From: Emiliania huxleyi CCMP1516 | Lineage: Eukaryota | Reading direction: 5' to 3' | NCBI RefSeq assembly: GCF_000372725.1 | Contig: NW_005201391.1 | Coordinates: 50,736 to 114,735 of the forward strand | DNA: 64,000 bases | Part shown: positions 25,166 through 37,175 of the stretch, piece by piece | Layout of the letters: each line of letters starts with the position of its first letter | Numbering within the stretch: the first letter of the stretch is position 1 | Translations under genes and position numbers: made by a program | Notes under the pieces: generated by a model | What the model was told of the DNA's origin: nothing | Databases searched by the model: none | Seen by the model: only the letters and a program-made list of their open reading frames with translations

Positions 25166-28100
25166 ATGCTCACGAGAGCGATGGCCTTGCCAGCCACGCC
25201 GCGCACGCGCGGCGCATTTTACGGCGACCTCGAGGCGCCGGGAGCGCTGGAGAGGATGGTGAGAACGACCAGCCTTCGCGGCGAGCTGGTGCTCCTGCAC
25301 GGCAACAGCAAGCGGCGCCGGCTGCTGCTCAACCTCATCGCGCAGCTCAACGGGCTCGACATTGACCACATCCTTCTCCTCGCCTTCACGCCAGACATGT
25401 GCGAGCGCCTCCGTCGGAATCGGAATGGCGCGGTTGGCTGTGCCCACTCGTCGCACCTCCTCCCGCCCTCCCCGCTCGCGGCGACCCGCCCAAACGCTAC
25501 CAAGTCCGCCGCGATGGCCGCGGCGGCCGCCGCGTGGGGCATGGCGGACAGCAACTACCGCCACTGGCTCGCAAAGTGGCGGACGATGCGGCGGCTGCTC
25601 GAGGCATCGTTGTTTTCCGGTGCTCTAAGCGGTTCCTCGCCGATTCTTCCAATGAGACTTCCCCGGGCCTCCTCCACGTAGGCGCGCGTCAACGTGCTCG
25701 CCCTCGACTCGGATGTCGCCGTCTTCTCCTCGCCGTACCCCCACCTCCACGGCGCTTTCCGCCGCTTCGCCCTCGTCGCCGCGTTTGACACAAAGGGCGG
25801 CTTCGCAAACGTCAACGTCGGCATCGTCTACTTCAACAATGCGACCGCCGGCGGGCCGGTGCACTCGATCATGCTCGAGATGGAGCGGAGGGTCGAGGCT
25901 GCGCTCGCGATGCCTCCGCCACAGAAGGTGAGTCACTCGTGTTCTCGCCCCGCCTCCTCCTCCCTCCTTTGGTACCCTCTCGGAGCCCTCTCGGAGCCTT
26001 TCTGCAGGTGCCGTACGGCTCGCTGCCCGGCCTCTTCTGGGACCAGAACCTCTTCAACAAGGCCCTCCTCTCCGCCATGGCGAACCACGCCCTCTCCCTG
26101 CCCGACCCCGCCGGCCGGTCCTTTCTCGGCGGCGGAGAGTGGTCGCGCACCCACGCGGCGGAGCTGCGCCGGCTCGGAGACGTCCTCAAGACGTGGAGGC
26201 GGGGAGAGGCTGCGGCGCCGCCCGGCCTGTCCGTCCGCCCGCCGTGGTTCCCGCACCGTGCGGAGTACCGCTACTGGTCGCTCCGCCGTGCCGCTGTCGG
26301 CGCCGACGCGTCTCTCTGGCGGCCGGTGAGCGAGGGGGCGGCCGCTGTGAAGAGACCGCCGAGGAACCAGGCGCCATTCACGGCTGGTGGTGTGAGAGCA
26401 GGTGCCCGAGGAGCGGATCCTGCTTGCACCGCCGTGGCTCGTCTCTGCGGACAACGCCTTCGGCCACCGGTGCAAGACGTTTTTAGCCCGTGCAGCCCCT
26501 CTGCTCCTCTCGGCTCACCTCGGCTCCTCTCGGCTGCTCTCGGGTCGTCTCAGGCACAAGCACTGGCTATACGGCGCCTCGCACCACATCTCCCCATATC
26601 TCCCCACATCTCAGGTACAAGCACTGGCTATACGGCGCCTCGCACCACATCTCCCCATATCTCCCCACATCTCAGGTACAAGCACTGGCTATACGGCGCC
26701 TCGCACCACATCTCCCCATATCTCCCCACATCTCAGGTACAAGCACTGGCTATACGGCGCCTCGCACCACATCTCCCCATATCTCCCCACATCTCAGGCA
26801 CAAGCACTGGCTATACGGCGCCTCGCACCACATCTCCCCATATCTCCCCACATCTCAGGTACAAGCACTGGCTATACGGCGCCTCGCCGCCGCCGTGCGT
26901 CCTCCTCCACTTCGTCTGTGTCGCGCCGGGACAGCGGTCGCGCATCCTCCCAATGCAGCTCTTCGGCGCGTGGAGCGCGGGCGCCGACGTCCTGTCCGGC
27001 AGGCGTGGCGAGGATGACGCCGACGCCGACGCCGATGAGATGTTGTCATCGTTGTACGTCTTGCCCGGCAGGCTGCGCACCGACGGCCGGCGGAGCCCGC
27101 CCCCAAACACCACCGCGGTGGTCGGCCGCCGGCTGCCCGCTCTCCTAGATGCGGAGTAGAGACCCGAGTGTTCAAGCCAGCGCTCGAAAGGAGACGTATT
27201 CGGGCACACCGGAGCAGCAGGCAGACACAAAGACACGTGGGGAGAGATGGGGAGAGATGGGGAGATGTCCGAGATGGCAGAGTACCGCTCACGTAGGCTC
27301 GCTCTCGCAGACGCGACGTACGAGTCGCCGCTCGCGCCGCGGCCGTGGCCTCAGCTCAACGCGCTGCACGCGGCGCTCGGAGGGCTGGCGGAGCTCGCCG
27401 GCCGCGTCGCGGTCCTGCCGGCGCTCGACTGCGGCGGAGTGCTGGACGGGTTCCTCGAGCCGGGCATGCTGCCCTCGCGGTAGATGCTCTATGGGACACA
27501 TGTCGTCGACGTGTCCTCGACGTGTCCCACAGGCAGGCTGCCTTCGCGCTGCTTTTGGCACGTCCACGCGCGCCGCGCGCCGCACTGGCGGCGCGCCGCC
27601 CCCGGCGTGCGGTGCGTCCTCTCCCCGCGCAACCACGTGCCGAGATTGCAATCTCGGAGTCCTCGGGCGGACGATGCGCTGTGCATCAGTCCTTACCGCC
27701 ACCCTCACTGCCACCCTCGCAGCCACCCTCCACCACCACCACCCTCCACCACCACCCTCACCGCCACCGCCCTCACCGCCACCACCGCACCGCCACCGCC
27801 ACCACCGCACCGCCACCGCCACCGCCGCCACCGCCACCGCCACCGCCCTCACCGCCACCGCCACCGCCGCCAGGTGCGTCTTCCGCGCCACGTGCGGCGA
27901 GGCTGTCGCGCCACCGTCGGAGCTCGAGGCGGCGCTGCAGGCAAACAGCGCGGCGGCGGCGCCAACCTTGAGGGTCGACCTCTCGCGCTTCGACGCCGGC
28001 GGCGACGCGGCGGCCGCGGCCGCCTCTTCCGCCGCCGAGGCTGTCCGATCGCTTCTCGACGAGCTGACCGGGGTCCCGGTCGTGCTGCTGCGCCTTACGC

Positions 28101-28264
28101 TGCCGGAGGCGCCAGCCGACGGGGCGCAGCCGCCGATCGACCCAGCAGTGCTGCGCCGTGCCCACCCCGGGCTCGAGCGCGCCGCGAGCCGGTTCCGCGA
28201 TTCGTGCCCCGAGCTGCTGGATCGCTCCAAGACGCGCAGGAGAGAGTGCACCAACTTTTGCTGA
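25166..28264 (+). CDS. Nucleotide-diphospho-sugar transferase (GT77-like), multi-exon
   Basis: LLLNLIAQL..HILLLA, NVLALDSDV (DxD), NVGIVYF, WDQNLFN, LHFVC and GRVAVLPALDC. Confidence 0.75.
26551..26886 (+). repeat. 61-bp tandem repeat (six starts) of a 3' splice site plus exon start
   Basis: cagg(t/c)acaagcactggctatacggcgcctcgc begins at 26551, 26612, 26673, 26734, 26795 and 26856. Confidence 0.95.
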
Positions 28265-28419
28265 CACTGCCGTGACAGAGTGGCAGTTCGGCAGTACGTT
28301 AGAGTGAGACGAGAGAGGACGGGAGCGGCGTCATTGCGGCAAATGGCGTGCGCTCTACGGAACGGCATCGCCGACCTAAGTCGAGCGCGTCCGAAGAGGT
28401 GTTTCGACACCGAGTGCTT

Positions 28420-29597
28420 TGCCGTTACATGCAGCCAGTGTCGCATGGCAAATCCGCGCCCTCGCACACTGCCTCGCCTCCCGACGCGGGAGAAGAGGAG
28501 AAGCTCTGGTACGGGGTGTGGAGCTGGAGGCGGTGTGGGTGAGTTGACCAGGGGGTTGTGCGCCGGGCCCTCCTGCTCGGCTCCAGCCGGTAGACAAGTC
28601 TTGTCATCAACAGAGTAGATGGATCTGACCTCGGGGCCTCGGCGGCGCCCTCCTGTTCGGCCTCGAGCAGAACTGGCGGGGCGACGCGGCGAGCAACCGG
28701 CAGGTGCTCGCGAGCCTGGCGACGGCACAGCAGCTCGAGCAGTCCGCGCTCGCGGCCGGGCGGGGCGGCTGGCGGCTGCTGTCGCACGTGTACCGGGCGT
28801 ACTTCGATGCCACGGTGCAAGCGCGCCTCTGCGCTTCGAGCAGGCGCGCGAGGCGCGGGCGTATGAGGCGATCGCCGTGGCGGCGGCGGCAACGAGCCCG
28901 TCGGTTGCGCAGGCAGAGGCCACGCTGCGCGAACCGTTTACCGACCCGCAGGCGCAGCGGTGGCGGGCGAAGCTGCGCGAGCTTGCGGCGGCGATCAACG
29001 CGAGCGCTTCCCTGTGCGGCGGGTGCGCGGCGGGCGGGATGGCGGTGCTGCAGAGCCAGATCCCAGACCTGTCTCTCGGCACGATCGACACGCCGCTCGC
29101 AGACCAGCAGTTCCTTCTTGCGCGGCTCGCACGCATCGGCGCCAGCAACGCGACCGCCGCGAGGGCAGAGCTACGCGACCTGCTGTCGTGGACGGCCCCC
29201 GCGCCTGGGGCGCTCTATGATCAGCTCGGCCTCTCGCCTCGCAACGCGCGGCTCGACACGGGCGCGGGGCCCGAGGCGGACCCGCAGTACGTCTGTACGT
29301 GTTCGCGCCGCTGATCCAGTTCGACGAGGACGAGACGCAGTGGCCGATCACGTGACTCGAGCCTCTTCCTCCTCTGCTCTCCTGCTGGCTTCTTTCTCCT
29401 TCTCATGCCCTCCCTCCTCCGGCCTCTGTCGTATGCTGTGCATGCTTCATGTCGGTTACAGGCCGCCTTGCGGCGAGTGCGGCGCCGGCGACGGCGACCC
29501 GCAGCGGCTGGCGTGGATGCGCTGGGCGCAGGTGTACGGAGACGCGCCGCTGACGCTGCGCTACGCCGACCTCTCATCAGACGCGCAGTACACTGTA
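28420..29597 (+). pseudogene. Intron-containing fragment of a conserved hypothetical protein (bacterial-like)
   Basis: GLEQNW..WRLLSHVYRAYFDA..SWTAPAPGALYDQLG..YGDAPLTLRYADL. Has a frameshift near 28830, no clear start, and is cut at 29598. Confidence 0.5.
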
Positions 29598-29772
29598 CAC
29601 CTTCTACTAAACACACGCACTAAACACGCAACGTCAACCAGACGGACACACGTGACGACCAACTCGCCTGGACCTTTTGGAACATTTTTGGCTGACCCCA
29701 GGAAGCCGCGTGCCCACGCGGGGTGGGATCGAACGGACCGAACGCTAAGCAGTCCAGACTCAAAGGCCGCCA
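29598..29772. repeat. ~175-bp direct repeat, copy 1
   Basis: Matches 31491-31666 except for one T in a homopolymer. Confidence 0.95.
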
Positions 29773-30683
29773 GGGAGGGGCACGTTCCCGGTGAACAGAA
29801 TGGGCTGCCACTGGAAAGCACTGGCGTAGTCGCGACACCCTGAGAAGACCCTCTTGCCGTTCTCGTCTGGACCCGGGTTCGTCGGCGTGCCAGTGCCGAC
29901 TCCATTCCCAGGAGCGTAGTCGATGTAGTATTGGTTTGCGGTCGTCTTGGGCATCACAACGCGACCCTTTCCAACCTCTCCATTCTTGCAGTCGAGGCTT
30001 TGACCGGTCCCCACTGCAATCAGGGTGCCGGCCTCCACCGTGCACACCACCAGGCGATCAATCGGGCTTGAGTAGTTCCCCGACGGGCAGATTGCTGTCT
30101 CCACTCGGTAGTCGCGCTCGCGGCCAATGAGGTGCCCCTGCGATTCGTGGGTGTCGAGGACCCACCAGTGGTGGAGTCTTGTGAAGGCCGCGGAGAAGCT
30201 GTCGTACGATCGCAGCATGGTGATCCCCTTCTGGAGGCGGTAGACCTTGGCCGGAGAAGCTGCTGAGCTGCAGATACCACCGGCCAAGGGCGGCTTGACA
30301 GCGTTGCTGAGCAGAAGCGCTGCGGTGTCCCAGTCGGGGTCGTTGTGGTCGAGTGGCGGCCCAAAGTTAGCCGGGTCGACCGGCTGCGTCGGGTGGCACT
30401 CCTTCAAGTCGTACGGGCCTGGCGGCAGTGCCTCGGACGCGACCGCGTTGGTGTCTCCGAGGTTGTCTGCGACGGGCTCCTTCACACACTCGCAGCCGCC
30501 GAGCGGTCCACCCTGAGGGTAGAAGCCAGGGCAGCAGTCGTCCTCCCGGCCATCGAACGCGCAAGTGCCCGCTTCGAGAGGGCTCGCGCAAGCGGGCGCG
30601 ACTGCCTTCTCCTCTTTGTCCAGCGTGATCGGTAATGCGCGGGCGAGACCGACGGCGGCGAGAACGACCAGCTTCGAGAGCAT
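29760..30683 (-). CDS. Secreted Cys-containing hypothetical protein, 307 aa, intronless
   Basis: Signal peptide MLSKLVVLAAVGLARA followed by a complex, globular-looking sequence. Confidence 0.8.
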   Translation of the reverse strand: MLSKLVVLAAVGLARALPITLDKEEKAVAPACASPLEAGTCAFDGREDDCCPGFYPQGGPLGGCECVKEPVADNLGDTNAVASEALPPGPYDLKECHPTQPVDPANFGPPLDHNDPDWDTAALLLSNAVKPPLAGGICSSAASPAKVYRLQKGITMLRSYDSFSAAFTRLHHWWVLDTHESQGHLIGRERDYRVETAICPSGNYSSPIDRLVVCTVEAGTLIAVGTGQSLDCKNGEVGKGRVVMPKTTANQYYIDYAPGNGVGTGTPTNPGPDENGKRVFSGCRDYASAFQWQPILFTGNVPLPGGL

Positions 30684-30918
30684 TGTTGTTTTGTCCCTGT
30701 TGGGGTGGCGGAGCGAGTCTGAGGCGTAGAGGTTCTGGGGCTCGCTCAACGGGGCTGTAGCGTCGCGAAATGTGAGAGGCAAGTCGTGGGAGGCACGCAC
30801 AGTTGTCACAGGTTCGCTCGGATGTCCTGACAGGAAGCGGAATTGAGGCGGGCGCCTTGCAGGACCATGAGCACCTTTTCTTTATTTTTCGCACAGCCCG
30901 GCACTAGCGGCTGTTCAG

Positions 30919-31110
30919 GAAGAAGATCGAGGCCTTGGCTGGGCGGCGCGTCGTCGCTGTGTCGGCTGCGTTCGTCCACAGTCTCGCCCTCACCGCCGAC
31001 GGCACCGTTTTGCCTGGCTGGCTGGGGCAGGGGCGAGTGCGGGTGGCTGCCTACCTAGACTAGGCCACGGAGAGGACTTGTCGAATCAGCTGCTGCCCAA
31101 GAAGGTCGAG
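30919..31110 (+). pseudogene. RCC1-repeat fragment
   Basis: KKIEALAGRRVVAVSAAFVHSLALTADGTV..LGHGEDLSNQLLPKKVE, frameshifted. Confidence 0.8.
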
Positions 31111-31490
31111 AAGCGCGGGGCAGGGTGGGGTGGGGTGGGTGGGTGGAGAGGGGGGGGGGGTTGAGAGGCGTTCGCGCGTGCCGAGTGCAGCCGGCGCTCG
31201 AGGTGGAGAGGCACACGGCGGGGCGCTGGCTGCTCTCTGCGCGAGAGGCTCACCCCGTGCTGCTCGCTCCAAAAGAAGAATTTTACAACATCAACAAAAC
31301 TCCCTCCAAAAGAAGAAATCGGCGTGTCCCACCACTCGTTTGCCCCGCCCTTCTCTTTCTTTTCTTCAGACCCGACGCCACCACGCCACACAGGAATGTT
31401 TTGAGGAGAGGAGTTTGAGGTTGGCGCAGTGAACACTCTCACTCCTCGGCACTAAACAAACATCGGCACTAAACATATTGAACAAGAGGA

Positions 31491-31666
31491 CACCTTCTAC
31501 TAAACACACGCACTAAACACGCAACGTCAACCAGACGGACACACGTGACGACCAACTCGCCTGGACCTTTTGGAACATTTTTTGGCTGACCCCAGGAAGC
31601 CGCGTGCCCACGCGGGGTGGGATCGAACGGACCGAACGCTAAGCAGTCCAGACTCAAAGGCCGCCA
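31491..31666. repeat. ~175-bp direct repeat, copy 2
   Basis: Matches 29598-29772. Confidence 0.95.
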
Positions 31667-33193
31667 CGGCCCTGAGTCCGCCGGCGCTACGTACGTACGC
31701 CGCTCGATGACGGCACAAAACATGAGACCGCGCTCGACCCGGCGGTCGCGAAGTCATTCGAGGCCGAGCGCGCTCGTACGCGCCGCGCGATGGAGAAGGA
31801 GATAGAGCGTGCGCAAGACGACGTGCTCGAGTCGGCGCTCGCGCTCCACGACGAGGAAGATGCGGTGTTCCTCTACCGCTGCAACAAGCTCGCCGAGAAA
31901 AACCCGGACCTGCTGAACGCGATCGAGATGCGCCGGGCGACGATGGCCGACGACGCCCTCGCCGACCGCACGCGCGCCACCGATGTGACCAAGCGCTGGG
32001 AGCGTGGTTTGACCTCACACCCATGGTCTCACAGTGTGCCGGCAGTCGCCGAGCAGTGTCGCTCACACAAGCCGCAGCACAAAAGTGACTGAGGGCCAGT
32101 GAGGGCGAGCCCATCGCTGTCACAGCTGTAGCAGCCGCACAGTAGGCTGTGTCAACTGTGCAGAGTGTGTGAGCAGCAGAGGAGCTGCTCTCCAGGCTTC
32201 AGGCGCAAAGAGCTGCATGCCACCGAAGGCGCTGTCGAGGTTCGCCGAGCGCGGCGCAGGTTGGGGGAAGCCGCCACCGACGAGCGCGTTGGACTGTTCA
32301 CTCCGGACAAAAAACGCTGCACAGCGGACGGTGCGGGGCGTGCCGCAAACTTAGCGGCGAGGCGCGGGACCGTCTGTGGCGAAGTGGGTCGCGTCCCCCG
32401 ATTTCCGTCAACCCAGCGAGATCGCTTACGAGGAGCCTCGTAGGCCTTAGCGTTCTCAGCATCCACACCCTTTATTTAACCGCGGGCAACTAAAATTGAT
32501 GGCATACTTCGGAAATCGGGGCGGCAGGGGTGGACCACACTGCCGCCCACCCAGATGGCAAGAAGTGTGGACGAGCATCCTGGCGCATGCAGCCGAGGAA
32601 CAGCCTGACCCTGAGGAAACGATGTTAGAAGAATCTAAGAACTACTTAGAAGTGCTGGAAACCATTCACGACAATCGACATCGCTTGGCAGCGGGAGAAG
32701 AAGTTCGCAAGGAGCTGTGGAAGGACACGCGAGTCCGCTCATCCTTGCCGCACTCACCAGCCACCGAGCCAGTCCCAAGATGTGCGAGTCCGCGTCATGA
32801 GAATGCTCGCCGCATCGTCGATCTCGTGCTTCCGACTCACTTTCCAGTCTGATTGGTGATTGGTGATTGGAGTGCATCCCGCGCCTTCCACCGTGCCGCC
32901 GCCCGCGCCGGCCGCCCGCGCGCCGCCAGCGCCGCCGCCCGCGCCGCCGCCTCCACATCGTCTCACGTGTTGCTTTTGGGGTTTTGTGGGGTAGATTACC
33001 GCAGTGCCAAGCATCTCCGATCCGCGGAGCGGCGTCTGTCAGCTCACGCGAGTCTGCCTGGCGCTGGCTCGTGGCAGCCCCCCCCGCCTCTACGTCAGCA
33101 AGCAGTGCAAGCCCCGTTCTCCCCTCTGCACGTGGGCGGCAGCGCCGCCCTCGCCCTTCTACCCTACTCAGCGCGCCCAACGCCCCCGGTGTG

Positions 33194-36100
33194 TCAAGCG
33201 CCCCGCTCCTCCCGCTGCGGCGCAACGCCGATGCGAGACAGCTCTGCGACTAGCTCCGCCACCGGCAACTCGATGCCGCGGTCCGCCAGCTTCTCTTCCT
33301 CGGACCGCTCGAGGCGGAGGTCCTAATCTCGGGTCGTCTCGGGTCATCAGGGTCATCTCGGACCGCTCGAGGCGGAGGTCCTGGGGAAGCTCTGCCCTTG
33401 GCCCAATCGCATCTCGGCGAATCTCGCACCTTGACGCGCACGCTGCCCTTGTCCCACTCGTCGGGCGCCACAAAGACCATCCGCCGGCCGGAGACGCGGT
33501 CGGCGTAGCTGAATGCCTTGTCGGCCCGCTTGTTTGCGAGCAGCACGTCGACGGCGTAGCCGGCGGCGCGCAGCGTCGCCGCCACCTGGACAGCGTGCAG
33601 GCGCAGGCAGATATGGGGAGAGATGGGGAGAGATGGGGAGAGATTGGGAGAGATGGGGAGAGATGGGGAGAGATGGGGCGAGATGGGGCGAGATGGGGAG
33701 AGGTGGGGAGAGATGGGGAGAGATGGGGAGAGGTGGGGAGAGATGGGGAGATGTCCGCCAGATGTCCGCCACCTGGACAGCGTGCAGGCGCATCTCTGCG
33801 TTGAATGGGCAGACGACGAAGTCGACCTAGTCACAGCCGGAGAGCTGCGAGAAGGAAGGAGAGAGAGTGCTAGAGAGAGAGGGGGAGGGAGCTGTGCATT
33901 CGCACGAGGGCGGAGCCGATCTCGGCCCGATCTCGGTCGATCTCGATCTCGCACCTCCGGCTCGAGGTGCGGCAGCAAGCCCTTCTCCTGGAGGAGCTCC
34001 ATGATGACGCAGTCGCCGAAGCCGAAGCCGCAGGCGGGGACGACCGTCGGCGAGCCATACAGCGAGAGGAGCTTGTCGTACCTGCGGAGGGAGAGACGGC
34101 AGGGAGAGACCGGGCGGCTCGAGCAGGCTCGAGCACGTCGAGAGGAGGGCTGGGGGTGAGTCAAGCTGGGGGAGGGGGGGGGGAGGGGAGGGGGGGAGGG
34201 AGGGAGGGGCGGGGAGGGGAGGGGGGAGGGGAGGGAAGGAGAGGAGGGGAGAGGAGGGGGAGGGGAGGTCGTCGTACCGCCCGCCGCCGCAGATGGCCCG
34301 CAGCTCGCCCTTGCGGTCGAAGCCCTCGAAGACGATGCCGGTGTAGTAGGCGAGCCCGCGCACCACCGACGCGTCGAACAGGATCCAGTCGCCTGCCCAC
34401 ACCCCGTTGCCGTGAAGAGGCGCTGCCACCTCGCACCCTCGCGCGAGTGCGACAGCGGGGTCGGGGCGCCGAAGCCGTACGCCTCCGCCAGCGCGAAGAG
34501 CTCCTTCATCTCGCGCATCGCGTCGGCGGCGACGGGGTGCTCTCCGACCAGCTCCTGCAGCTCCGAGATCACCCGAGATCACCCGAGATTACCCGAGAGA
34601 TGGCGACGGGGGGTGCTCTCCGACCAGCGCCTGCAGCTCGCCGATCGAGCGCAGCGAGAGCGAGGCGACGATCTTGCGGGCCGCCTCGTCCGACACCTGC
34701 GCAGCCGAGAGACAGCCGAGGTAGAGCGGGTCTAGCCGAAGTAGAGCCGAAGTAGAGCCGAGAGACGGGCGAGCTCGGCCCGAGATGTAGTCGAGATCTA
34801 GTCGAGACAAGCCTGCGCGTCGCGCAGCAGCTGGACCGTCTCGTCGGGCCCGATCTTGTCGAGCTTGTCGACGATGACGCAGACGGCCTCGAACTTGTCA
34901 TCGTCGATGCCGTACATCTTGAGGATCGCCGCGAGCACCTTGCGCGAGTACGTCGTGCGCTAGCCTCTCGGCTCCTCTCGGCTCCTCTCGGCTCCTCCCT
35001 GCTCCTCTCGGCTGCTCTCGGCTCCTCTCATCTCCTCTCTGCTCCTCACTGCCCCTCTCGGCTCCTCTCGGCTCCTCTCGGCTGCTCTCGGCTGCTCTCG
35101 GAGCACCTTGCGCGAGTTGACCTTGATGCCGACGTCGGCGGAGGTGACGCCGACGCTCTTGAAGAATGACGTGACGCCGGCCAGCAGCTCGGCCTACTCT
35201 TGGCGGATCTCGGGTCATCTCGGGCCATCTCGGGCCATCTCGGGCCATCTCGGGCTAACCCTAACCCTAACCCTAACCCTAACCCTAACCCTAACCCCAA
35301 CCCCAACCCTAACCCTAACCCTAACCCTAACCCTAACCCTAGTGCGAACCATCTCGGGAGGTGACGGCGGCGAGCTGCTCGCGCCTCTGCGGCGATCGAC
35401 GCCTCGCCGACGATGTCCATGTTCCACTGGAAGTGCTCGCGCTTGCGCCCGCGCTGGACCGTCTCGAAGCGCCAGCACTGCGGTATGGAGAACCACTTGA
35501 CGGGCAGCAGCACCTGCGAAGGAGGGGAGGGAAGGGGGCAGATCCAGAGGGGGGAGGCCGGGAGGGGAAGGGCCGCGTGACAGGCAGGAGGGCCTTGCGG
35601 CCGGGCGAGAGGAGACGTGACCTCGGCGGATCTGGATCTCGGTGGATCTCGGCGGATCTTGGCGGATCTCGGCGGATCTATCGGCGGATCTCGGCGGATC
35701 TGGACGGATCTCGGCGGATCTCGGCGGATCTCGCGCGCCTTGCCGCCGAGCGAGAGGATCATGCGAGCGAGAGTCGGCGTCATCTCCGGCCGGAGGGAGA
35801 CCGCCTTGCCGTCCTTGTCGGTGAAGTTGTACATCTGCTGCGTGATCTCCTCGCCGCCCTTGCGCACGTACAGCTGCTCCGCCTCGAGCACGGGCGCGTC
35901 GTACTCGACAAAGGCGAGCTGGCGCGCCTGCGGGGAGGGTGTGGGGAGGGTGTGGGGAGGGTGTGGGGAGGGTGTGGGGAGGGTGTGGGGAGGGTGTGGG
36001 GAGGGTGCGGGGAGGGTGTGGGGAGGGTGTGGGGAGGGTGTGGGGAGGGTGTGGGGAGGGTGTGGGGAGGGTGCGGGGAGGGTGTGGGGAGGGTGTGGGG

Positions 36101-36905
36101 AGGGTGCGGGGAGGGTGAGAAGTGAGGGTGGAGGAGGGAGAGCAGAGGAGCAGAGAGGAGCAGAGAGGGGCAGAGAGGGGCAGAGAGGAGCAGAGAGGAG
36201 CAGAGAGGAGGAGGAGCGGAGGAGCGGAGAGAGCAAGAGGAGTGCAGAGGCGCAGGGAGGAGCAGAGAGGAGCTGGCGCGCCGTCTCGCGGAACTTGGCG
36301 AAGAGCCAGTTGCGCGTCCGCATCTCGGCCGGGAAGAAGTCGCGCGTCCCCGAAGGCGGCTCGGTCGAGATGGCGGGGCCCGCGGGTGTCCCGCCCTTAG
36401 CCTCGGCCTTCTTTGCCGCCTTTGCCGCCTTTGCCGCCTCCTTTTTGAGCTGGCCCTTGGACTTGCCTCCGGCGGCCGCGGCGTCGCCGTCCGCGGAGGG
36501 CGCGCTCGCAGCCACGGAGCCCGACGCGGCGGCCGCGGCGCCGTTCGAGTCGGGCGGCGGCACCTCGTCCGCACCAAACCAGACGGCGATCTCGAGCGTC
36601 GCTGACGCCGCGCTCGGCGAGACGGAGAGGAGGTCGCTCCCGCCGGCGGCGCCGGCAATCTCGATGCCAGCGGCGATGGCCCCTGCGCCCTGCCACACCG
36701 TCGCGACGGCCGGCCCACTAGTGAGCTGCGCAACGGAGCCTGCCTTTGTGCAGTCGACGTGCGCCTGTGCCTGAGCGGTGGTGGCGCGCAGCATGCGGCA
36801 GGCGACCATCGTGAGGCCACGCTTCTCGAACTGTGAGGAGATCTCGAAGGTCACCCCGCGCGAGACGGCGTCGGGCGTGCACAACACCAGGGTCTGCTGC
36901 GCCAT
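33194..36905 (-). CDS. hisS: Histidyl-tRNA synthetase with N-terminal NDK-like domain, multi-exon
   Basis: [80 protein letters not shown] and an anticodon-binding C-terminus; TGA at 33194-33196. Confidence 0.95.
35255..35341 (-). repeat. Interstitial (TTAGGG)n tract in a HisRS intron
   Basis: About 14 CCCTAA units on the + strand, two of them CCCCAA variants. Confidence 0.95.
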
Positions 36906-37175
36906 TTTTCGGCTGCCACGCACGAGCTGGCCACGACGCGGCTCGCCTGGGGTTCCGGGTCCTAGCCCAGATAGGTACCTATTTCGCAGCGAAGCGAAAA
37001 AAGAACAACTCACACCTACCTATTGCAGGGCCCTTTTGGGCGAAACAAGACCAACCTACCTACCTATCTGGCTTCTGGGAGGGGCCAGTCAGTGGCGACA
37101 GACCCCCTATCCGGCTAGGAGCCGGAACCCAGACTCACACCAGACTCACACATTCGGTTTTTTGCTCCCACGGCG

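Noticed and set aside
26551..26886. CRISPR-like repeat-spacer pattern
   Set aside because: The intervening sequences are identical; it is a tandem duplication of a splice junction.
31790..32852. Two short protein-like ORFs (31790-32092, 32496-32852)
   Set aside because: Possibly gene or transposon fragments, but there is no motif I can support.
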